The notes below the pieces were generated by a model. That model was not told the origin of the DNA and made no database searches. It saw nothing but the letters and a program-made list of their open reading frames with translations. The position numbers and the translations under genes are program-made. From contig NC_087251.1 of assembly GCF_037042905.1 (NCBI RefSeq), positions 21,020,001 through 21,080,000 of the forward strand: a stretch of 60,000 bases of DNA, written 5' to 3'. This document shows positions 13,251-27,699 of this stretch, in pieces (positions within the stretch are counted from its first letter, which is position 1; each line of letters begins with the position of its first letter). This stretch comes from Lytechinus pictus. Its lineage: Eukaryota.

Positions 13251-14028
13251 ATAATTATGTTTATGTGTGTTTATACATGTATGAATGACGTTGGACAGAG
13301 AGAGAATGTGTAGAATAGAAGAATGAGAGAGCGAGGTAAAGAAACATGAGTATAATAATTATATTTTTTTTCATGTGATATGTCTCTTTATTTTTGGTGG
13401 TATAATGCTATATCATTTTAGGTATCAATGAATTTATGCTTATGCATGGAAACATTCGAGAACAAGTTTTAAAAATCTCACAAAATTAATATTTTCTAGG
13501 CTACATTTTAGAATGTAAACAGGACGATAAAGAGGAACATAGACTTGTATCAATTTACATGCAGCAACATAGGCGTTGCATTCAAAATAGTTTTCGGTAT
13601 CGGTACACATCTAAGCTCGAGATTGCCTCTTGGTTTATACTGCATCAAAGGCCAAAGGAATTACGACATTCTCTCTTTTTGACGCAAAAGGGGGTAAGCA
13701 TTCACAATTATTTACATCGCTAATGAAAATCGGCGACAGAGATACTTCTTGAGAATGGAGGAGTGTAGCAAGGTGGGGAATAGAAGGCGACCCTATCGCA
13801 AATTGATGGAGAGTGGAATAAAACACGACAGAGGAAACCATAAGTGATGTTAACGCCGCTTTCAATTCTTGCTTCGATTATTTATTCTCCAGTAATCTAG
13901 GGGTTTCTTTACTCACTATGGGGTGACGCAAAATCGCAGAGGTCTGACTCTTGGAAGTGCTGTCTCACACCCCCTCTCTCTCTGTATATATACATATATA
14001 AATTAATACTCACCCACACACTTATATA

Positions 14029-14694
14029 CAGTGAGTATGAATAAAAGTTGACAATTTGAAAAAGTCCTTGGAATCGAAAAATATACAACATGGGGATATT
14101 TTTTTACATACATTCTTGGGTTTGGGTCCCATCTATCAAATGAAACTAAAAATATTGTCAGAATGTTAACTTTGAGTGAGCATTGTCCATTTTTGTAAAG
14201 CTCGCAGAAATGCTCATTTTCACGCTGTACAAGGAAAAGGGGCTAAAACAAACTTACCGTGCGGTACATATCTCATACATTTCTTTTGTATTTTTAGCCA
14301 ATTGAAATAAAACAGATAAATTTAAACATTTTTTAACAACTTTGCCATCCAAATTGAAATTTTAACCCTCGGTAAGCACAACCTTTCCCTTTTTTGCCAC
14401 CTGGATCTGAGGACATAACTGAATGTAAACAAAATCAATTTCAGACATCTCAAGTATTTTTTCATTTTTTTGACAATGATTAACAGAAGGAAAATGAAGC
14501 CTAAGCCATTTCATGTGAATCACTGCTACATGTAAAGCAAATATCACGATGGCCTCTGTGTTTGTGGGAGGGGGGCGCGCAATGTCGTCAATTGCTTAAA
14601 GAGATCTGTACCAACATTTAAAAGCTTCAGGATATTACAAATATATGATTTTACAGGATTATTTCTAAATGTAAACTTTTTTTGATACGCACTG
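14029..14694 (-). mobile_element. Tc1/mariner-like non-autonomous element, internally deleted copy
   Basis: TA|CAGTGAGTATGAATAAAAGTTGACA ... TGTAAACTTTTTTTGATACGCACTG|TA; body is the reverse complement of 34171-35151 (e.g. CTGGATCTGAGGACATAACT vs AGTTATGTCCTCAGATCCAG). Strand is relative to that copy. Confidence 0.85.
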
Positions 14695-15748
14695 TATACA
14701 TGTACATGTGCTACCCCCTTTCACTTTCTCCCTTTCCCCTTCTATTAATTCTCAATTAATTAATTTCATGGCACATATATCATCATATTGCTGTATATGT
14801 ATATATCATCAATTCATTTCAGTGACGTTTTATACCATTAAATAAATATCTGATGGAATACTGTATACACATATAGATCTTTCTCAAAAGTACTATACTT
14901 AAGGAAGACAATTTGACATTTACATTTCACTGCCATTGTATTGTCATATTCTCAGAAAAATATTAGTTTCCGTCTGGCAGGAAATTTCTTAATGTACATG
15001 GTATATCTGATTCGTTGTGTATATCAGTAATGATAACTCCTGCGATTCTTCAAAGTACTAATGCATAACAAATTTAGGCACCTTTCCGCTAATCATAATG
15101 GTGTAGAGTCGCTGAGGAACTGATGACGAAATCATAATGGAAATTCGAACAACCAACCCGCTGGGAACACACCGTCTTTTGGGGTTTTTACAATGCAGTG
15201 TGCCTTTGACTATATTTCGTGAGAAAAGATGATTTTTGAAAAAATATCCAAATAAGTTGCTAAGACAAACAATGACGACACGGCTTCCTGTGGGTAAATG
15301 TATAATCGATTTAATTTATGAGGGATCCCATGAACGGATGTATTGTCATTACAAAGAAGTTAATAATCCGATGCGGCCTGATCGTGATGATTATAGTTGT
15401 TTAGATTATCAGAGAGGATGTACTTGAGTTAATGTCTTCCTTTTTCTATGTCCATTTATAGTATTACAGACAATGTGGCGAAGTATTTTGGTACTTCACT
15501 TTATAGCGACATAGACAATTTTATTTTTAAAAATCGTCTGTGCCAAGGCGGCTATACAAATATAAATGAATTTCTGAAAAGTCCACGGAGACTCAATTGG
15601 TGGGAAATAAAGAATTTAATAAATGTAGATTTAAATCTTCAGTGAAAATCTTTGAAAGACAGCCTCAAGTACATATCAGGAGACCAAACTCAAGCAATCT
15701 CATCAAGCATATTAATTTAAATTGCAGCTCAGCACCATATTTGACTTG

Positions 15749-15998
15749 CACTGTAAAAAAATTGGGTAATATTTTAACCAGCACGAGGGTAATTATGTGT
15801 TCAACCAATTTTTTACAGTATTCTATCCAATTTGGGAAGCATATTGTCCAGTAAGGTTAACAAATAAGCAGCAATTACTTTAGAATGGGCAAAATTTTCA
15901 TCACACTGGATAAATAAATTGCCCAAAAGAAATGCCAAATGTTGGTTGGACACATAATTACCCTCATGGAGCATTTTTACCCAATATTTTTTTTAGTT
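15749..15998. mobile_element. CACTG-terminated MITE (CMC/EnSpm-like)
   Basis: CACTGTAAAAAAATTGGGTAA ... TTACCCAATATTTTTTTTAGT; inner arms GAGGGTAATTATGTGTTCAACCAA / TTGGTTGGACACATAATTACCCTC; right terminus degraded. Confidence 0.7.
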
Positions 15999-16615
15999 CG
16001 AGAAATATCTATTGAGAAGAAAACATAATTCAATCTTCATAATTATCACCAATTCATTTTAGAAGAAATCCGTTCTTATTATAGGCACTGAATGCAAGGT
16101 CCCAACTAACATGAATAATGCTGTGAACAGGGAAACTTAGATATTGACGTAAATTACACTTGTTAAGAAACACTGAATGTATATAGTCATGCAATGTTTT
16201 TCCCCTTTTTTAAGTTAAAATAATTAGATAAAGCAATCAAAGATAATCGAATGACAACATAGTAAATAATGTAGACGTGGTCAAGGTCGAGAAGAAAAAA
16301 TAAAGAGTAAAGTATGATAAAGAAAACAGAAATTGTAATAGAGAGTTATAACATCATGCAATGGAAAAGAGTTTTAAGTTCTGACAATCACTCCCTCTGA
16401 TGTAAACAAATGAACACGAGTACGTTGCAGGTCATTTTTTTTTCTTTAGTTGTCATGGTAACCCAATACGAGTAATCCTATCCCAATTCCGTATATATCG
16501 CCGTACCATTGATCCCCAAACCTGTATCAATCTTATTTGCTCCTTGGTTTGTCACGGTCGGTGTTGTGTTTAGAGATTAAACATAACGGAAATTTGATAT
16601 GTCACCAACGCTTAC

Positions 16616-16629
16616 CATCAGAAGGAGTG
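16616..16629 (-). CDS. Candidate 14-nt microexon of the minus-strand host gene
   Basis: Minus strand: tttcccactttttttcacccactcttttgtatag|CACTCCTTCTGATG|gtaagc; long polypyrimidine tract and consensus donor; open when entered in phase 2 (G/Y-T-P-S-D). Confidence 0.35.
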
Positions 16630-19513
16630 CTATACAAAAGAGTGGGTGAAAAAAAGTGGGAAAATAGGACTTTTGTGCTAAGATGTTAAGTTGTAAAATA
16701 TCGCCTCGATCTGTTATCGGTACCAAAGAGCGCTACACTATCGGATTTCCGACCGTTATTCTCCCTTTGCTCTGATAGGGTTTAAGCCAATAGAGCCTGT
16801 TGTTAATATGATATGTGTGGGGTGTTTAAAAAAATGGTCTATACCAAATGAATACTTCGAATCATCACAGAGATAGACGATGAGTGTAATACAACCGTTT
16901 TTACCTTGGGCTTACAACGAAACGTGTATGTCATTTCCGGACGCCGCAAGAAAAGTTACAATTTTTTTATTGGAAGTATGACATCAACAAGATCACATAT
17001 CATTCTAGAAACACAACACATTTTGATTTGATTTAGTGTCTGCACCATGAATTATGGGATTTTTTTTTTTTTTTTTTTGGGGGGGTAATATGAATTATGA
17101 AGTTAGCCTAAATTGTAAAAAGCAGAAGTTTCTTTTGTGCACAAAGGACAAAATCACACACACACACACACACACGCACCCCACCCAACAGAAGCAACAA
17201 ATCATATGAATTTGGATACTAAAAAAGAATGAACATGGACGAAAAGGCACTTCATGCGGCATACATCATGCGTGGCTTAAACAAAATCTGTTGATGGTCT
17301 TTTGAAAACGCGTTTAAATAAATCATCGGTGCATTGTGATTGAAATCGCACGAGTGTTATTGTGGTATAGTCGTGGCGGGCTTTTAAAACACCTTAGCTA
17401 AGACTGCGGTATAGGTGAGTAGTATCCATCAACCTCCATCTTCTTATCTTTCACTCGCACAACAGAACGGATCGCTTCATCTTGCATACCGCTATAATCG
17501 TTTATCGCGATATGTTGGTAATAAACACTTTCTATGGAGATAAAATCACTTACGAGATTTCCTCAGATATCTATGATTAATGCGAGGGCTTTTAGAAATA
17601 TGGCGGTCTGGTGTCTGTCATATAATACTTGTGACTTAACAAACTTTTGTTTAAAGTGATTTGGTTTGATACAAATTTATACTCTAAATTTTAATTTCAA
17701 TTTTAATTCTGAAACTATCGACCCCTTGGAAAAGTAATGAAGGAAAAGTAATAAAGTTTGACGGGATAGTTGTTTTTCTACCGTGGTGATACCATCTCGT
17801 TGCTCAATGCTAAATCGACTTCCAATAATAATCATTTATATTTTAATCTCACTTATCAAACAATGCAATTGAAAAGAGTGTACAAATTAAAACAGTTTGA
17901 AAACATTTATATAATTTTGTTTGGTCAAGGTTATGGTTGTGTTGAGACCAATTCTTCTTATAGCTTCTAAGTGACATTTCCATTAAGTATCATTGATCAC
18001 TGTTTTATTTTATCTTAGCATAACGGAGAGATAGTGTGTACACTGAGAACGGAAGCTGTGAGCACTAGAAAGAAAAGTTTATTTTATAAAAACAAGCTCT
18101 CAGTGACCACGTTTTTAAATCAGGAGATCAAACAATTACTCGCAACTTTTGATAATGGACTTTCCATGTTTGAGGACTATTACAAAGAATATTACACCTT
18201 ATAATCTCATACAATTGCATGTAGTATATAATTGGATAGTCACTTCTCTTCTATTCGCATGCCCAGTGTAGAGACGTAAGTAATTCCCACCTTAGTTCTA
18301 ACAACCTAAGAGTAGGTTGGACTATGATATTAATCGAGATTTAAGAGAACTCAGTTACCATTCTACTCCATTATTTAGAGTTAGGTGTAAATGGAAAAAA
18401 ATAACACTTTCAATCTCACTTTGAATATAATTTCGTCTTGTCGCTTGTATCAACCGGGTCCATTTCCATATCCAATGCCATTAACCATTATGACAATATA
18501 GAGTTAATATAAACATGATAAATGAGGGGTTTTATTCGACAAACATAAATGAGGTGTTTTTATAAAACAAGCATTATTCAATAAGACGTGGCTCTTTAAG
18601 ATTAACAGGCCAGAATATATCCAGATGTGCTCCCACAAAAAGGTTAAAACCAAAGGGAAAATCTGACGATTCAAATGAAAAATAAACACTATTAACAGAC
18701 ATTCGGCACAAAATAAAGACATTAAAGAAAGATAAAAAGAGCGATACTTTATTAATGTAAGTTTGCATGAAGAATAAATGGATATACAAATTGACTCCCT
18801 GAAGAAATAGAGCACGAATCATCATTGCCAATTACCAACTCTCATTAATTGCTCTGCATGGGTATAGCCAATGGCTGGTATAAAAAAACGGTGAGCGACT
18901 ATTGGTTGCAGTATGCACAGAAATACATTTGGAAATGTCATGAAAAAAATGTATTTATCCTATTAGCAAATTTACCATAACGTCCTTAATGGTGAATGTT
19001 ATTGTAATGTTGAGAGAAATATTGACAACTGATGGTAGTTCACCTGTATAGGTCCATGCGAGTAGGATCCATGGTCCATGTTTGATTTTAGGATATGGAA
19101 TGACAAATAGAGCTATCCAGTATAGAGTTTGAGTGATGATGGCAAAACAGCATATTATTTTAGGAAAAAGTCGCAGCTCCAGTTAAGTGTGAAAAAGAGA
19201 AGAGAGAGGGAGGGAGAGATGGAGAGCGACATCATATTCACAGACAGAGAAGAGAAATAGAGTCTGATGGCAGGGTTGATCAACATGGTTATGAAGATAA
19301 TGCAAATTTGTGGTATGTTGAATGATGCCTAATCTATTTGGAGCCAATTTTAGATTACTTCGTGAATACAGATTGAAGGGGGAACATAGATCCCGGTTGA
19401 TTACCAACGATCAGATTAAATATACATGCTACTCACATTGTATACATAAGTTAATATAACGCATTATCTCAAATAAAAGATCAACCTCTTATTAGCAGGG
19501 CTAAATCACTTAA

Positions 19514-20010
19514 AGGTATATCCAGTGACATTTTTTAAAATCATCATTTTCCCTGAAATTTTTATGAAAAGTGTAAAAAAATTACTTACATAAAAGATCA
19601 ATATTATTATCAGGGTTAAATAATATAAAATATGGTTATGAAACATTAAAATAATTACGATAAATAAAGCGAGGGCTTGTTTCCATCCGAAATTATTTTG
19701 GACAGTGTAAAAGAGTTTTTACACCGCGATGCAGAGTGAACACATCCTAGAGCACATCAAATACATTGAAAATGCACGTCAAATCACAATAAAAAAGCTC
19801 GGAGGCCTTTGTCGAATTTGGTGAATCGGAACAGCAATTTCGTCCTACGTATCGGAGCTGACGGAAAATTGCAAATATGTCGTTTGTCCAGAGTCCAGGA
19901 CGAAACCGCTGTTTCGATTCAACGAACTTCGACAAAGATTTAATTTCATGAAGGGCATTTGACAATACATTATCTATGTTCCCGCAAACGTTCTGCGCAG
20001 GCGGTTGCCA
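19514..20010. mobile_element. Possible truncated Kolobok-like element end
   Basis: TTAA|AGGTATATCCAGTG start resembles the TTAA|AGG termini of the other elements, but I found no matching right TIR; right boundary approximate. Confidence 0.3.
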
Positions 20011-21164
20011 AAGCTCCCTATTTATTTTTATGAACGCAGAATTGATTCTCCCCATATAATACTCTCCACAGGTGAATGTCGATGCAAGTATCATTCAGAG
20101 GTAAAGATTTGCTTCTGTTGTATTATGACCCAGGGGGCCATCGTGACGATCACAACCGAATGTTATTGCCATCGATTCTCAGATCATATTGGATTCGTTT
20201 CTTAACATTAATGATATTTTGTTTGATACTCTAGGCGCGGTATTGATTCTGTATGAACTCCTTTAGATCGGTAGAAGTGAATGAATTGGTAACGAGTGAT
20301 GGGTATTGCGCTTCGCATTGCTGATCAGATTAGCCGACGGGGAAAACTTCTTATGGATTCGAAATCAATCAATTACGAGCTCAGAATTCACATTGAAGAG
20401 GTAAGAAGGAGATGGGGAAAATTATATTTACTATTAAACGTCATATATGAAGTCGAAAATAAAACACCCCATGTCGCTGTTTAGTAAGAGATACTGGACG
20501 TATTTTACTTTGTAGAACTAGACAATCTCTCATTTTCGCTCACATTTACGCGCACATACGGATGCACACGGTGCTTCCTTTCACCATCTCCTGGACTAGT
20601 ACATTTCATGCAAGGCAACAAAATCGATAATTAATAAAAATAGATATCATGAAGTTACGTGACAATATTCCTGCAACTACAACTTGATAATTGTATTTGC
20701 TATTCTACTTATATTGCAAATGAATAATTATAGTCAAATTATTTCATTTTGCAAAGGTCTGTTTCAACAAGTTTTCTCCATGTGTTCCTAATTGGGAATT
20801 TTTTTCATCCAATTTATGACCAAACTCTGAAAAGCTCTTGGTATTTCTTTAACTCTCACTCAAACATCGTTATATATATTAGATGAAAAATAATCCCTTT
20901 GAGCATCATCGATCCATCAAGTCACATTGATCGATTCTCACTGCCCAATGCTGCAGCTTAAAAAGTGAGAGAGGAAGAATAAATATGGATTTTCTGGAGT
21001 GGAAATCCGTGATGATTTCAATATAACGAGGAGTTACACGGCGCAAGACGCAGCGACTCTAGGCAGCGATCGATTTCACAGGATTACTTTTGAGTCAAGG
21101 TGCGAGAAAATAATATTTATATTTGAGATTGATGCTACATCGAGACAGCTCTATTACTAGATAT

Positions 21165-21556
21165 TGGGTGAGTTTCACAAAGATTTAAGTATGACTAATG
21201 GGGCGTTGCAAGAAACTTGCAATCAATTGCAAGTCTTTATTGCGATTGATTTCTCGTCTGCTTCTGAAATACGCAGTTTAATCTGATTTTCTATAGTTAA
21301 AATTGATCTATCGATTGTAAAACTGCAACAAAATATTTGCAATTGATTGCAGATATTTTATTACAACACCCCCTTAGAGTCGCACATAAATACCGACACG
21401 TACATGATATGCAACGCGCAATCTTATTGGTCAATAAGCTGTAGTGCGAGTCCTCATGGCATGATCTGACCAATGCGGTTATGCCTGTTATAATGCACGC
21501 AACTAGGCATTAAAGTGCGACTCTAAGTCAATCTTATATCTTTTTGGAACAACCCC
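21165..21556. mobile_element. Harbinger-type MITE (outer element of a nested pair)
   Basis: Left TIR GGGTGAGTTTCACAAAGATTTAAGTATGAC[insert]TTAGAGTCGCAC matches right TIR GTGCGACTCTAAGTCAATCTTATATCTTTTTGGAACAACCC once the insert is removed. Confidence 0.75.
21199..21373. mobile_element. Harbinger-type MITE (inner element, inserted into the outer TIR)
   Basis: GGGGCGTTGCAAGAAACTTGCAATCAATTGCAA ... TTGCAATTGATTGCAGATATTTTATTACAACACCCCC; flanked by TAA (21196-21198) and TTA (21374-21376), a TWA-type target. Confidence 0.78.
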
Positions 21557-22589
21557 TTCTCCCAATCTTCACTCTACTATTTCGATATCACGAGCAGTTG
21601 CTAAGGCATCAATGGAAAATCACCGATTTTAGAATATGTAGATTGGAAGACGTCAAAACACATTTGAGTCAATACGTAAGAGGAGCCAGTTTGTGTCATT
21701 ACAGTGATTCCTATCATTATACTTAATAGTCGTTTTATGATTTAAATGCAAACAATCGAATTTACATATACGTATTACGTAAGAGAGACATATAATCATT
21801 GCCGTCGATTCCCGGGTCCTACCAAAGCAGATATAATCACCGTTTGATAGCACCATTCTGCATTAATTGATAAATATCACGAATCAATTAAGGTAATCTA
21901 GTTTGTATTTACTCGATTATATTCAATGAAACTGAAGTCATGATAATACTGGTTTGCTAATGAATATAGCGACATGAAAAAAGTTTTGCTAAAGAATATT
22001 AGTTCGAGAAACGAGATAGATGAAACACGTCTTATGTTGCCGTCTGCTGACAAATGTCCAGACACCTTCATTAGTATTTCCTGTTTAAAGTTCATAGAAA
22101 AACATATTGAAAAACAGAATCAAAATCCGACAGTGTTGTTCGAATGTTAGGGAACAAGATGAGATGCATGATATATTCGAATACTCATCTTTGCTATTAG
22201 AGAACATCTTAAACTATACATTCATAAAACAGAGTACAAATGATAAGCAATGTTTAGTTTAGAAAAAAGGAAAAATAGCAAGAAACAATGGTAGTTCTAC
22301 TTACCAAGTACTGTCTATATTTAGGCACAGGTAACAAAATATTCAAGAATTGAAAGTGGAAAAACTGTCATTTTACTGCTACATCTCCAAAAGCCAAATG
22401 TTTAATATACGAAAATAATTTGTCTTGTTGTCAGATGAATATTTCATGAAGCTGGTCAGAGTAAGAACAGCTCGAAGTGCTAGAATGACCTCTGTCAGAG
22501 TTGCTGGTTGGCAAACTGAGAGCAGAGGATGATAGGTGTATTCCTTATAACGGGGACAAGCGTGAAACAGTTTTAAACGATGGTAATCA

Positions 22590-22760
22590 AACTGCCAGGT
22601 GATATCTGGAGCAGCTCGCTTACGCTCCCGCGTAATTCAGCAGGAATCGAATCCGCTCTGCTCCTCCTTCCAGCTCTGTGAGCGAGCGTTGTGATTTCAG
22701 CGGCAGCAATCCGCAGAAGTAACTTAGGTGTTGCGTGTGCGCGCATGCGCAGTGGAATTA
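22590..22760. promoter_or_regulatory. GC/CpG-rich patch with NRF1 (P3A2)-type palindrome; possible promoter or enhancer
   Basis: GCGCATGCGC at 22741-22750 within a locally GC-rich stretch; a consensus minus-strand donor TTG|GTAAGT lies at the 22305 boundary. Confidence 0.35.
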
Positions 22761-24780
22761 CTGAGAAGAACACCAGTTTGATTGAAGAATACACTTGTCA
22801 AACATCCTTTCTTGTATCATTCACAATATACTTGCAGTACGCTCTTTGTTATTTTTTTATCCAGCCCCAAAATTGCAACATACAAAATATTCGATATCAC
22901 CCTAATAGGAAATTACCGTAATATGCTATAAGGCCTTATTTTCTGGAATTTCGTTTACTTAAAATATGATGTCATCAAGTGAAAAAAGACACGATTTCGA
23001 TAAATAACTACCTTTCTCGCCGTTTCTAATGAAATGACTTTATAATAATACCAATTCACATGGATAACATCACCTTTCGATGAAAACTAATCGTGTTCAC
23101 CTCAAACTAATAATTCGTGTATTTCAAATAGAATGATGTCAATGTGAACAGGATAGTGACGATGGCCACTGGATTCAAGGTCCACTGATGAACTGTAAAA
23201 AAGATTAGTGCAACGTGGTAACAGGAAATAGAAATGCCTTGAATTTGCAGTTATATTTCTCGTGAGGATCTACATTCTACAGTATGTTCTAATTCTACTA
23301 AACTATGTTGACTATACCTCGTATCAATGACGATAGATGCTGGTCATGATGTTGGATTCGGATCATTTTCAATGGGGAAAACACCAATTTCTTTGAAATT
23401 AACCTCAAAGATTTCCTTTGTGTACTGTTTTAGACGATAATTTAATGTAAGGTACTATGTATTCGATATCGAATCATGCTTGTGGGTATCACAAACGGTT
23501 TCTTGTCTACATCATGTAAATTTTGCATAGTAAATGAACCATTTCATGAGAGGCGCATCCACAATTAAAGATAATCACATGATAAATGGGAGAGAGAAAT
23601 CGAAGGAGTGGACAAGCATGGCAATGAGGTTAGGGATAATCATCACAATGTGCTCTCGCGTGGCAAAGATTCATCAATGTATAATGACCGAGATACCAAT
23701 TAATTAGTCCTGATATCTGAATCCACCATCATAATGACACACTCAGTCGCAAAAAATCCGCTAAAATCTAAACTATGACGTCATGCGTTACCATGCAAAC
23801 ACGATTATACACAAATGGCCAAAGTATCAGTTGAAATTTTACATCCGTCCTGTTGGTCTCGGGTAAACGGTAGGGGCAAATGATTTAAACCATTACATTA
23901 CTATTTAATCGGTTATATTCGGAAGTATATAGCCACAGGCCAAATGCTGTAAAGCAAGCATTGACTTCCGATTTGGTTTAAATAAAATTGGCTAACCTGT
24001 ATACAAAGCAAAATTTCGTTACCATTTTTGTTCTTAAACTGTTAAATAGGAAAAAAAATTGAAGCATTAAAATAGCCACCAATACGAGCTAAAATCGATG
24101 TGGATGATAATCGATTCTGTACAAAAAATGTACAACTAGAAATGGAACTAAATTAGAATCATAACGAGATTTACAGCAGCATCAAAAATATAAGTCTATA
24201 TCAAAAGACTGAAAACATTTCATCGATCTTGAGAGAATAGCAGTATTCTCCAGCTACAATGTGATGACGAGCGTTGATATTTGGGCTATAGATAGAAAAA
24301 AAGAGTTTTTCACTAGAGAAATTAGACAAAGAACGCTTGATTTTGATGTTAAGCTAACCTAAACAAATCTGAGTAGATAATTAAGTTCCATTGAACTTTA
24401 TTGTTACTTATTTGTGTATCGTCAACTATTGCTATATTTGCCCGAGGAATACATTTATTGATTGGAAAGCATCATTCTCTTTTAGATTTAACGAGATAGT
24501 CATTACTATGAAATAAAACCGACGATCTGTATTAACCACAATCATTTATAAATTTGGTATAGTGGAAAGTTGATAATACACTACAGTTTGTTGACTTGAT
24601 GGCCACTTTTACGTGACATATTATACTGTTTAACATTTTTTTTTAAAATCACATCGTGAATGACTGATTGGATAATAGCTTAACTGTTCAAAATTTTGTA
24701 GCAAATGTAATTTGATGACGAGAAAATGATTGATCAGATTCATTAAATCTTCATTAGCGATAGAACATACCCATTGTTAA

Positions 24781-24935
24781 GCTCCTTAAACATACTCCTT
24801 AAACTGACTAGCAAAAACTGCCAGCTGGTAGTTGCAACAGCCGTTGAGTCATTTACTCTTTATCCATATTTGAACTCAGTCATTCCTGGCTATACTCAGC
24901 TGACATTGGCCAGAATGAAAAAAATTGTTAGGAGC
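24781..24935. mobile_element. Degenerate MITE, possible relative of 5159-5378
   Basis: ACTCCTTAAA..TGACTAG..CAGCTGG..TGCAAC resembles the left arm of 5159-5378; GCTCCTTAA / TTAGGAGC inverted ends. Confidence 0.35.
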
Positions 24936-27699
24936 AGGAAATTGTAATAGTTTTGAAATGAATGACGATTATAAGGAAAACAAATTTATTGAACCGGTTT
25001 CAAATCAAGACAAATCATTAATTACCAGTTTCAATACCAATAAAAAAAGATTGCATGTCAATAGAAATAACACAACGACAGCCACTACAACCACTATTAC
25101 AACAAACACGTCAACTTTACCACTACAACTTTTTTTTTACCACTACCAATATACAGTACTCTATATTATTCCAAGTACAATTTCCACAATTTCCATTATC
25201 ACCGATATTTACTTGTACCAATACCAATAAAAAATACCAGTATCGAAAATGTCATGGCTTGTGCTTCTACCACACGCACCAAAAACTAATCCAAATTCTA
25301 ATTCCGTAGTTATACCAATCTGATTAAGCGCTATTCATGAACTTTTAATATGAATATAATACGGGCCAGCATATCGGGTTATTGTGAGGGGTATATTAGC
25401 GTGATGTATGAGAATAATTTCAGTTCTACCCTGCTGACCTTTTCAAGACAAGTGATTGGTTGATGGACATATTGATGAAGGCAAAGCTGATGGATCAGGT
25501 GTGATAAAAACAAAAGATCACCTGAGGCTGGGAGATATACACTACAGAGGATGGTGATAATGATATCATATAGCACCAACAGATCAATACCAAAATGAAT
25601 CATACGTTATTCTACGAGCATCGTATATCCGTCCCGTAAACCGACAGGGAGAAGTACATTTACCTTCGAATGAAACTATGATGACGATTATGATGATGAT
25701 GATGATAATAATAATGATTATGGTGAGGATTTTAATACCATTAATATTATCTTTTTTAAAAGTGCTGCCTCTGGGAGCTTATTCCAGCTATCGATAACAC
25801 TTTTCCTAACGTATAACTTCTAATGAAGAAGACCCTCAGAAAGGACCAAAAGCAATTGATCTTTTTGGAGCTTGCTCAGTAGCATTCCTTCTGTTTAGGC
25901 AATAATCATTGACGTATAACTTTATTGAGGGACCGAAAAGACCTTAGAATAAGTGTCAAGTCCAGCGCCATGTTTGAACCAAATGTTGAGTCCAGGATTA
26001 CCATTTTGTAATTTCAGATATGTTTATCGGAAGCAAAGCTAGGTAGACTATCAGCGACAAAGGAACAGTTCATGGTTTCCACCCACACTATACCTTCAAA
26101 AAAAAAAAACACCGAAGAACTCTAATACTAATCTACAGACGCGTTTCCCCCTGGGTTCATGTGACCTTTATATTGAATGAATCGCACATCGAATGCCTTT
26201 TCATACCTTAAGTCAATAAACTAGAACATCATCAAGTGAAGCGTGGTGATTATATGATCGGCTTCATCCTAAATCAAGTCACGTGACCACGTCTGAACCT
26301 CATTTCCACACAACATCTGATGAGCATCAAGCCATCCCTGCCCTGGCTAGGATGCGCTAGGTGCTCTTCTGTCTCCATTTAATGTCTTAACAAATATTGG
26401 GCCGCCTTTAATTGTCACAGATCGGGAAGAGGTAAAAAACATGCGGCTAATTCGAGATCCAGATCACGTTTTCTCTCTTGATTTCTGTGTGCAGTCTCTC
26501 AGAAGTGTAACAGTCTTGGGACCTCTACTTTGAAGATGGCGGGAAACTATTTTTTTTATATTAAACCGTAAACGTGTTCGTATTTTCAAAGCCGAACGGG
26601 TATCAAGTTCATCAAGAGACTATATGGTCGAACTATACTACTTGCAATTAACTTTCGAGAAATACGGATCATAATTATCTCCATAAAAAGGTTGCACAAA
26701 GAATGAAATGTTGGGATACTGAGACTAAGCTATGACTGAGAGGGGTGTGCTTGTGGGTGTGCGGTAAGGCGTGCGTAAATAATGACCCATTTCTGCTCGG
26801 CGAATGAATGAAATAATGAGATGGGGAGATCGGTCCAATGTAGAAGTACGCGTAAAAAAGTCAATAATTCTATTTGCTAAAGAAGTAGAAGTTGAATGTC
26901 ATTTTCAGAACATAAGTACACATTCAAGCACTGAAAATAGAACTTCGATTATAAGTAGATGCCTCGATCACTTGACAAAAGAGTTGGCGCCAGAATAATC
27001 GATTATGGTTTATGTATGTTTTTTTTTAGCAAAACACAATATAAATACGCGATTGAGAACATTGAATATTACTCGATTCTTAACTCGTATTCCCTAAGTT
27101 ATGCATTATTCTTTAGAGAGTGAATGTTTTAAAACTAATAGCAGGTTTATCATTTGAAAATATGGCAAAGAGGGTGACAACGGTACTCGTCACTGTGCTT
27201 TTGCATGGAAAGCGCGAGGAAAATATAAAAACCATTCAATTCGACATTATGAATAAAGTTCCACAATGCATCGCAGGTCAAATTACCGTAATTCAATTGA
27301 TTTCTCCCCATAGAACTAGCAAATGCAGAAAATGAAACCAAGCAGAAAAAACGCCCACATATCAATGAACATATATTCATTTCGAACATCATACACTGTG
27401 TCCAATATTTTTCAAATTAAGGGCAATTTAGCTGTTCATCGACGGCCACTAGCAATGCACAATGTGAATATTGAATTTGGATTTCTTACAAAAGGGCCAT
27501 ACGGGATGGCATTAGAATAGTGTTTATATAAACATTTTGTATATTTGATAACTGATACGGATACGTCAGTACTCTATGTTATATAGTTTGATTAAGCATG
27601 GCACTCTCATGGCCCTTTTGGCCTATAAGTCATACACAACATGAATAATGAAACAAGAGCATATTGAGATATAGACTACTACAATTATTGCAGCTTATA

